Assembly: GCF_039654945.1 (NCBI RefSeq)
Contig: NW_027361672.1
Location: forward strand, 23,746,001 to 23,810,000
DNA: 64,000 bases
From: Dendrobates tinctorius
Taxonomy: Eukaryota
Direction: 5' to 3'
The number at the start of each line of letters is the position of its first letter. Positions within the stretch are counted from its first letter, which is position 1. The position numbers were made by a program, and so were the translations under genes. Below are positions 53,503-64,000 of this stretch, one piece after another. A model generated the notes under the pieces. It made no database searches. It was not told the DNA's origin and was given only the letters and a program-made list of their open reading frames with translations.

Positions 53503-55096
53503 CAGTGCCTACAAGTAGTATTCAACCCCCTGCAGATTTAGCAGGTTTACACATTCGGAATTAACTTGGCATTGTGACATTTGGACTGTAGATCAGCCTG
53601 GAAGTGTGAAATGCACTGCAGCAAAAAAGAATGTTATTTCTTTGTTTAATTTTTTTTTAAATTGTGAAAAGTTTATTCAGAGGGTCATTTATTATTCAAC
53701 CCCTCAAACCACCAGAATTCTGTTTGGTTCCCCTAAAGTATTAAGAAGTATTTCAGGCACAAAGAACAATGAGCTTCACATGTTTGGATTAATTATCTCT
53801 TTTTCCAGCCTTTTCTGACTATTTAAGACCCTCCCCAAACTTGTGAACAGCACTCATACATGGTCAACATGGGAAAGACAAAGGAGCATTCCAAGGCCAT
53901 CAGAGACAAGATCGTGGAGGGTCACAAGGCTGGCAAGGGGTACAAAACCCTTTCCAAGGAGTTGGGCCTACCTGTCTCCACTGTTGGGAGCATCATCCGG
54001 AAGTGGAAGGCTTATGGAACTACTGTTAGCCTTCCACGGCCTGGACAGCCTTTGAAAGTTTCCTCCCGTGCCGAGGCCAGGCTTGTCCGAAGAGTCAAGG
54101 CTAACCCAAGGACAACAAGGAAGGAGCTCCAGGAAGATCTCATGGCAGTGGGGACATTGGTTTCAGTCAATACCATAAGTAACGTACTCCACCACAATGG
54201 TCTCCGTTCCAGACGAGCCCGTAATGTACCTTTACTTTCAAAGCGTCATGTCAAGGCTCATCTACAGTTTGCTCATGATCACTTGGAGGACTCTGAGACA
54301 GACTGGTTCAAGGTTCTCTGGTCTGATGAGACCAAGATCGAGATCTTTTGTGCCAACCACACACGTGACGTTTGGAGACTGGATGGCACTGCATACGACC
54401 CCAAGAATACCTTCCTTACAGTCAAGCATGGTGGTGGCAGCATCATGCTGTGGGGCTGTTTCTCAGCCAAGGGGCCTGGCCATCTGGTCCGCATCCATGG
54501 GAAGATGGATAGCACGGCCTACCTGGAGATTTTGGCCAAGAACCTCCGCTCCTCCATCAAGGATCTTAAGATGGGTCATCATTTCATCTTCCAACAAGAC
54601 AACGACCCAAAGCACACAGCCAAGAAAACCAAGGCCTGGTTCAAGAGGGAAAAAATCAAGGTGTTGCAGTGGCCTAGTCAGTCTCCTGACCTTAACCCAA
54701 TTGAAAACTTGTGGAAGGAGCTCAAGATTAAAGTCCACATGAGACACCCAAAGAACCTAGATAACTTGGAGAAGATCTGCATGGAGGAGTGGGCCAAGAT
54801 AACTCCAGAGACCTGTGCCGGCCTGATCAGGTCTTATAAAAGACGATTATTAGCTGTAATTGCAAACAAGGGTTATTCCACAAAATATTAAACCTAGGGG
54901 TTGAATAATAATTGACCCACACTTTTATGTTTAAAATTTATTAAAATTTAACTGAGCAACATAACTTTTTGGTTTGTAAGATTTATGCATCTGTTAATAA
55001 ATCCTGCTCTTGTGTGAAGTTTGAAGGCTCTAACTTATTTGCATCTTATCAAACCTGCTAAATCTGCAGGGGGTTGAATACTACTTGTAGGCACTG
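53503..55096 (+). mobile_element. Full-length Tc1 transposon with perfect 46-bp TIRs
   Basis: CAGTGCCTACAAGTAGTATTCAACCCCCTGCAGATTTAGCAGGTTT at 53503-53548 and its exact reverse complement at 55051-55096; TA on both sides; inner repeats ATTATTCAACCCCT near 53691 and, inverted, near 54896. Confidence 0.97.
53869..54891 (+). CDS. Tc1 DD34E transposase, uninterrupted 340-aa ORF (alternative start at 53860)
   Basis: MGKTKE start; paired-like HTH; WSDETK, QQDNDPKH and [11 protein letters not shown] with 34 residues between D and E. Confidence 0.95.
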   Translation: MGKTKEHSKAIRDKIVEGHKAGKGYKTLSKELGLPVSTVGSIIRKWKAYGTTVSLPRPGQPLKVSSRAEARLVRRVKANPRTTRKELQEDLMAVGTLVSVNTISNVLHHNGLRSRRARNVPLLSKRHVKAHLQFAHDHLEDSETDWFKVLWSDETKIEIFCANHTRDVWRLDGTAYDPKNTFLTVKHGGGSIMLWGCFSAKGPGHLVRIHGKMDSTAYLEILAKNLRSSIKDLKMGHHFIFQQDNDPKHTAKKTKAWFKREKIKVLQWPSQSPDLNPIENLWKELKIKVHMRHPKNLDNLEKICMEEWAKITPETCAGLIRSYKRRLLAVIANKGYSTKY

Positions 55097-56017
55097 TATG
55101 TGTTGTTTTTTCTTTGTTCTCTATTTGTCAGATAGTATAAATGTAGAAAATTAGTCCAATTAGTCCTTATGTCCAAGTATTAACCTAAAAACCTTTGGCC
55201 AAATTCAGATGTATGTAAAACATGGTTCAAGTACGGGCTGTGATTTTGTGAGCTGGCTGGGGGTTCTTCTGAACCGGACGGCCTCATATATGCTCAGCAC
55301 GCTGGAGACCCACAATCTGTTCAGACATTGCAGTCCGTACTCTTGACTCGTATGTCATGGGCATCTGAATTAAGCCTTACAAAAAAAAAATAAATTAGAC
55401 CTGAAATATGAGCTTTAATAGAGATGCATTTTTGTTATTCATTCTATTGTCGGTGGTCTTAAAGGGGTTGTTTGGTCTTCTGACAAGTTTGCAGTCATAT
55501 ACCGACTGCAGACTCCTGAATCTTGACCCCGTGCGGTGCGCACACTGCTAGGACTTACCAGTGAAAGCGGGCAGTCACAGGACCACAAGCATACGACTTG
55601 CTTACATGCTGTCGCGTGCCGATAACATTTGCATGGCTTCTATAATTCAGTTGTATTGAGGGAAGTCAGCCATGTCTAGTGACTGAAAATATGCCGTTCA
55701 CATCTCCATTGTAGGTTGCCTCTTTGTCCCCCCACCACTCAATCACATCCAACATCATCTTCTGTGGCAGACGTTCAAATTTACTAGAGGATGCAGGAAG
55801 GATGTTTTAAATTTTTTTTTCATTTTTTTTTAAATATATTAAAGAGCACGGCAAGTCACAAATGAAGGTGATCAAAAAGTCTTGCTACCATTTGAAAATG
55901 TGTGGTCGCATTAGTAAGTATGAAACTTTTCTTGAAGGGTAAAATCTGCCACGTGTGCACAAGCCCTTAAGGATGCAAACAAAATTGAAAGAAACGAAAG
56001 ATACTTCTGATTAGAGT

Positions 56018-56195
56018 AGAGTGATCAATGAGTGGAACAAGCTGCCACGAGAAGTGGTGAGTTCTCCTTCAATGGAAGTCTTCAAACAGAGGCTGGACAG
56101 ACATCTGTCTGGGATGATTTAGCGAATTCTGCTTTGAGCAGGGGGTTGGGCCAGATGGCCCAGGAGGTCCCTTCCAACTCTACCATTCTATGATT
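56018..56195 (+). mobile_element. CR1 LINE 3' fragment
   Basis: Closely matches 63013-63184 and ends with an ATTCTATGATT tail. Confidence 0.92.
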
Positions 56196-59084
56196 TAAGT
56201 ATGGACTGAAGGTGAGTTTCGGTCATTTTTTTTTGGTCTGCCTGTCTCTGGAAAGGCCTGGGCATTAGTTTAGTCATTCTAGTTAGACACCAATAGAAGT
56301 TAAAGTAGTCCAGTATTTTTTTTTTTTTTTTAGCACAAAATCAATATTAGGATTATTTGGATATCCGTGTCTTGCATGGCTTCTGTATAATTGTATAATA
56401 TGTGATTAAAACTGTATTTCACATAGTAATTACACTTCAGCAGTTTTGATATTTATTTCCATTTAAGGCCTGATTAATTTGGTGATTTCAGGGGAACTTG
56501 TCACCAGATTCGTGCTGTGCTATTGTAAGGCCATTTGTGAAGCATTGCTTGGAGCAGGGCAGGTAGAGGCTGGCCGGCCTCTTCAGTTGTGCAGGTCAAA
56601 ATTTGGCCTTTTTTGTATTGATGGTGTTTTTTTCCCCCCACCCTTTGTATAGTGGCATAAGAAATTGAGAAATGTTATATAAAATAGTTTCCTGGTGCTG
56701 TAATATCTACAAACATGGTGCTATTGGACATGGAACTAAATAGAAAATGTAATTTGATGTCAAGTCCTTTTTAAACGGCTGCATTTTTGTTGCTACACTT
56801 TCTAACAGTCGTTCTGCATGGACACAAATTTGTTTTCCCACCTCATACACTTATGGCATGTTCACTGGGTAGTATTTGGCTATATTTGGAACACCTGTAA
56901 ATATTAATAGAGATAAGCCATCCTCTTAATTGTAGTCCTACCACTGAGACTGAACTAATTACCCTAGTTACTTATGGCATATATCCTTTAAATATGCCAT
57001 GAATGTCTGAGATGGCAGTACCCCTTTACAATAGGAATATAGAATATTTTACCTATTGCAGATAAAACCCAGCACTTTACATGGACAAAATCTGATAGAT
57101 TGGACTGAGAAATTATGGAACCATTTTGAGTGATCTAGACCACAGTAAGAACTTCCTCAGCTATAGGAGATGAGCTAAAACATTCACACTGTGGTCTGAC
57201 CTCCAGTTTGGTACTCCTTCACGGTCAGACGACAGTGTGAACTTCCTTGGCTGGAACTTTATTGCTGGAATCCTGGGTGCCTCTTCCTCTCACTAGTCCT
57301 GACATTGTAGGTCCTAGTGATTACATGGATGCTGGCATTCGAGTTCTGACCTCCGGAGTTCACGCTGTCCTGGTCCTGCTGCTACAGACCAAAAAGGATG
57401 TCGGACTGGGGTAGTGCAAATCTTTTAGCTAATCTCTCTCTGCGATACCTAAAAAGAGAAAAAAAAACACCTTCTATGGGGAAAATCTGCACGTAAAACT
57501 CGGCGTGCTCGCCACAGAGACTGACATGCTGCGGATTTGAATCGTGCACCGCAGGTCGGTTTACACTGCGTTAATAAATATAAGGAAAAAGTCCAGTGGG
57601 CATGAGATGTCTGTAAATTAGTCCACCCCTGCGTCCAGCTCAATGTGGCTGCCTGTATTTGTCCAAACATCTTGGTAGCTTTTTATATTCTATTATCGTG
57701 TACTTTCTGTAATTCACCCATATGTATCAGGGCATTGCCAGGAATAAACTGGAATTGTCCACTCGGTAGTTTTGGCATTTTCCGACACTTATCTGATACC
57801 TCTTTGTTAGTGTAATTGTGTGACCATTCTCTCTTCTGACTGATGTGAGCACTCTTCTTATTAATCAAATTGCACACCATTCCACACACTAAATATACCT
57901 AAGTGTACAGCTGTAGGAGGCAAACCTCTCGGAGACTTACAAAGAACAGTAACTGTGCATGGATTATATCATGGTAAAAGCTACTTAGCTCATGGAACGA
58001 ATGGTGGATTTTCTGACTTTGCTCAGGCGCTTCATTTCACCAACGCTGCGGGCTCCAGTAGCCTAAGTAGGGTATAATGCCACAATAAAAGCCGGGCCAC
58101 AGTTAGCTTCAATAAGAGGAAGATCCTGGGAGCGCTGCCCTGTGCTAAATATTCTGGATTTCCCTCTTCTGCAAGCACTGTCCTAGTCATGTAAATTAGG
58201 AGATTTCTCAAGAAGTTAGCAGAAATACTGGTTTATTAATCTGGAAACCCAGTGCCGACCTTCCCCCAGCCCCTCCTGTGCTGTTCCAGGTGTATATAGC
58301 AGGTTTAGATAGTGTCGTATTTTCAGCTATTCTGTTTTTTTGCTATTAATACCCTTGCAGTGTTAGTGTGTGTGCAGTCAGGTTGTGTCGTTTTTTTTTT
58401 TTGTTTTTTTTTTTTTTTTTATCCCTCTACTTGTATTTCTCTTGTGATGAGTTTTGGGTTGGAGATCCTGCTGGCAGTCCTGTAATCCGTTTCAGTGCGG
58501 ATTAGTTATAATGTTTTTCTATCCTGTCTTTGTTAATTTGCTAGTCTGTGCTCAATACCATATGGGGAAGCCAGAACAATGAAATTATTTTCTGTATATT
58601 TCAATGGCTTTTATTGCACCGAGTGTAAATTGAACCTGTATGTGTGTCATTTATCTAAACTGTGCTCATCTATTTTGCCCCCCTCCCCTGCTAAGCTGCT
58701 ATTCTATAGCAAAGTGAACATGCGATCTATATATATTCTCTATTTTATTTATTATAGGTCCTGTCTATTCTCAATGTCTGCAGGGCACCACCCTTATGTG
58801 CTTTACTTATTGATGTATTTAGTACTAGTGACAGACATAAATGAGAGAGGAATATTCAATCATTTTACGCTGTCAGTAACCAATTCTATAATTGTATTTG
58901 GGGTCTTGATTATGGATATTTATGACATGAAAAGCTTTTTTTCCCTTTTATAATTGTGTTCCTGTTTAATAAACTGCATTTTTTTAAGGCGGCACAATTT
59001 TAGATGGCTAAGTTGGCATGGCATTACTCCAAGGGGAGTAAAAACATACTGCCAGACACCTCTGTCGGGGCAGTTTTCCATTTA

Positions 59085-60672
<1,588 letters not shown>

Positions 60673-61179
60673 TGTACTGTTACAATGCGCACTGTCAGGG
60701 TTTTCACCTTAACCTCTGAAAAATAGGATTTGGCCAGAAGTGACGATATAGCTTTTCAGTATAATGGGCTACACAAAGTCCATTTAGACTTTGTTCGCCT
60801 TTTCCCAACATAACCTCTCCCATTATTTCTCAATATCTATCTTTAGAGGACAGTCAAGGCAATCCCATACACCTTATTATTTGCAAAGCCTTCTGAAATT
60901 GAGGTTCTGCTAACTTTTTTTATATGTATTGCCATCTGTATTTGTATGATATTATTGCCCCTTACAGACCTACATACTTTCGTACATACTTCTATCTTGT
61001 ATAATGTCTGGATTGCAGAAGGTGCATTGCAAGCAGGTATATAACATAAGTTATGACTTTGGGGAGGCAAAGCTGTAACTACGGTGGTATCGAAGGGCCC
61101 TCCTCTGATGTCTGTGGGGAATGACGGAAATGTTAGTACTCTAGGGCTGTAGTAATCTGCAAGTTACATACAGTATAAA

Positions 61180-61545
61180 GGTATGTTCCCATGGTCAGTA
61201 AACATTGCGGGTTGGACGCTGTGTACATTCGCAGCATCCAACCCACAGCGGCCAGATGTTACAGCATAGTGGATGGGATTTCAAGAAATCGCATGTCCAA
61301 TATGCGCTCACCACCACCTGTGGAGACAGACATGCGGCATGTCTTTCCTGACCGCAGCGTGTCAATTTACCTTGCAGAGACGCGAGTCTCCACAAGATAA
61401 ATATCACCAGTGCAATGTATAGGGCTCACTGATTCCGCACGTTTCAATGAACACATGCGGAATAGCCTGCGTTCAAAAGCCAGCAGCGCTTTGGACACAG
61501 CGGACATGTGCTGCGTTCAAAGTTACTGACCGTGTGGATGTAGCC
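61180..61545. mobile_element. Diverged Harbinger-type MITE
   Basis: Imperfect TIRs GGTATGTTCCCATGGTCAGTAA / TTACTGACCGTGTGGATGTAGCC. Confidence 0.55.
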
Positions 61546-61614
61546 TCGGCTTATTTAGAAGACAGTTTTTCATGTACAAGTTTAATCCATGATTTTCATG
61601 GCTAAAATTTATTA

Positions 61615-61953
61615 GGCTATGTGCACACGCTGCGGTTTTTGCTGCAGTTTTGGCCCTGCGGAACCGCAGCAGTTCCGCAGACATGGTACAGTACCATGTT
61701 ACCCTATGGGTTTTCAAAACCGCTGTGCTCACGCTGCGGTTTTTTTTTCTCCGCGCGGTTTTGCTGCGTTTTTTTTTTCCGCAGCATGTCAATTGTTTCT
61801 GCAGATTCCGCTGCGGTTTCACACCGTTAACATAGTAGAGGTGTGAAACCGCAGGGCAAAACCGCAGGCCAAACCGCAGCAAAACCGCAGGTCACTTTAC
61901 CTGCGGTTCTGCGGGAAAAAACCTGCAGGTGAATCTGCAGCGTGCACATAGCC
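61615..61953. mobile_element. Harbinger-type MITE (CTGCGG family)
   Basis: TIRs GGCTATGTGCAC / GTGCACATAGCC; TTA duplication; colinear with 40767-41112. Confidence 0.9.
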
Positions 61954-62302
61954 TTATAGTCTATGGAGCTGCTCACATGTCGGTGTCTTTTTGCACATCT
62001 AGTGATCAGCACAAAATCACAGATGTCTGATTTTTTTTTTTTTTGACCTGAGTTACAGGTCACTCTTGAATGTCCTCCATGTGCATGCCCATTCTTTACA
62101 GACTGTATGATTTGAAAAAAAAAAGTTTCTCAACTTTACCTTATCGTAGAAAAAGCTGATGAAACTCTGACCAGACTCTGAGGCTCTGTTACAGCAATGA
62201 GCTTTTGTTGCAGATTTTCTACACCCATTAATAAAAATAGGTTACTTGCATTTTTTTTAAATGCCGTGTAAAAAAACTCACCTAAAACTCATCAAGGGAC
62301 TA

Positions 62303-62413
62303 TACATAGTAACATAGTATTTAATGCATCCCATTATTTTATTTGCCTTTGCAGCAGCTGCCTGACACTGGCCACTAAATGTGAGTTTGTCGTCCACCCA
62401 TACACCCAGGTCT
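62303..62413 (-). mobile_element. Fragment of a second CR1 family: short ORF2 piece joined directly to an ACTATGTT-type tail
   Basis: The minus strand reads DLGVWVDDKLTFSGQCQAAAAKANKIMGCIK, then TACTATGTTACTATGT. Confidence 0.8.
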
Positions 62414-63184
62414 AACAGAATGGTTTTTAACAGGGAGAAATGCAAAGTACTACATCTGGGCAATAAAAATGAAAAAAGCATATATAGAATGGGAGGAATA
62501 GGGCTAAGTGACAGCACATGTGAAAAAGACTTGGGTATACTAATAGATCACAGACTGAATATGAGTCAACAGTGTGATGCAGCAGCAAAAAAGGCAAATG
62601 CAATTCTAGGATGTATTAACAGAAGCATACAGTCTAGATCACGTGAAGTCATTATTTCCCTCTACTCCTCTTTGGTCAGACCTCATCTGGAATATTGTGT
62701 CCAGTTTTGGGCACCACATTTTAAAAAAGACATCAACAAACTGGAGCAAGTTCAGAAAAGAGCGACCAGAATGGTGACCGGTCTGCAAACCCTGTCTTAT
62801 GAGGAAAGGTTGCAGGATTTGGGAATGTTTAGTTTGCAAAAGAGAAGACTGAGAGGAGACTTAATAGCTGTCTACAAATATCTAAAGGGCTGTCACATTG
62901 TAGAAGGATCATCTTTATTCTCATTTGCACAAGGAAAGACTAGAAGCAATGGGATGAAACTGAATGGGAGGAGACACAGTTTAGATATTAGAAAAAACTT
63001 TTTGACAGTTATAGTGATCAATGAGTGGAACAGGCTGCCACGAGAATTGGTGAGTTCTCCTTCAATGGAAGTCTTCAAACAGAGGCTGGACAGACATCTG
63101 ACTGGGATGATTTAGCGAATCCTGCTTTGAGCAGGGGGTTGGACCAGATGGCCCAGGAGGTCCCTTCCAACTCTATGATTCTAT
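62414..63184 (+). mobile_element. 5'-truncated CR1 LINE (ORF2 C-terminus open to the stop at 63115, plus 3' UTR)
   Basis: FNREKCKVLHLG, EKDLGI, LYSSLVRPHLEYCVQFWAP, LEQVQKRATRM, RRLRGDLI and WNRLP are characteristic of CR1 ORF2. Confidence 0.96.
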
Positions 63185-64000
63185 TTTTCAGTGACAGTTT
63201 TGCCTAGTCGAATGAAACTCTGAAAAACACAGATGAAGAAAAAAAAAAAAAAAAATACTTTCTTGTAAGCAGAAAAATGATGCCTGAGCCCTAAGGGTAT
63301 GCACACGCACATTCAGTATTTCCATCAGATCTTTCTGCTGCAAAAAACAGATTGACAGGAAATGCGCTGTGTAAAATAGGCACATTTTTTATGCACTTTT
63401 ACTTGCATTTTCTTCTCATTCATTAAGAAAAATGCTTAAAGAATTCACATGATGCAGATTTGAAAAAAACAAAGCAAAAAACGCTCCGGTTCTAATGTGC
63501 AAGGGAAAACAAGCAGTGTGTGCATAAGAGTACAGAAATCTTTCACTTTGGCACTGTAAATCTGTGTTTTTCCCATCAAAAAAGCGCAGAAAATGTGTGA
63601 ACAAGCTTTATGGGTCCGTGCACGCGACATCTTTTTTAACTACTGAGCTTTTCAAGCTGAAGACACTTCAAGAAACTGTTGGCAATATTTTTCTTTTTTG
63701 GTGCCTGTTTGGTAGTTCTTGTGGTGGTCTTTCAGCCAGCGTGTTTTTTTTTTTTTTATTTTTTGGTTGGGTTTTTTTTGTTGTTGCGTTTAGCGGGTCA
63801 TGGCGTTTTCCCACCTGAAAAATACTGCATGCACTCTAATCTTGCTGTATCCTCAAAGTTTGATTTAACTGTCTCCTATCTATCTCGCAGTAATTGTCCT
63901 TTTCTTTTTAAATGACTTATCGAGATCATGGTAGATGCCAAGAAATGTGATTCCGATCCTCCCGCTACAGTTAGCAGGAGCAGATGGCCTTCATGGCCTG

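Noticed and set aside
62303-62413. Twin-priming inversion of the adjacent CR1
   Set aside because: The inverted piece duplicates a region already present in the forward copy and is too diverged to come from the same RNA.
63880-64000. Possible host exon at the window end
   Set aside because: An acceptor-like CTCGCAG is present, but the sequence is too short and truncated to support a call.

Overview
Eukaryotic, repeat-dominated vertebrate DNA; the transposon content suggests a frog (inference). No prokaryotic genes, RNA genes or CRISPR arrays. Bases 1-18566 are a 71-bp satellite with higher-order repeats, cleanly interrupted by a Tc1 element. The rest looks intronic/intergenic, with a probable host CpG-rich promoter and first exon at about 25.4-25.8 kb. 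It carries three more Tc1 elements (one with an open DD34E ORF), CR1 LINE fragments, a non-autonomous hAT element, Kolobok/T2-type MITEs and many Harbinger-type MITEs. The main find is a full-length two-gene PIF/Harbinger transposon (32307-37540). Both spliced genes can be rebuilt from the sequence: a 2-exon DDE nuclease (one extra T in a homopolymer) and a convergent 7-exon MADF + BESS-like protein with a (PPHFQQ)12 tail (one CGA>TGA stop). Other oddities are a telomere-variant array inside a MITE whose flanks do not match across an assembly gap, and two different CR1 families fused head to head.
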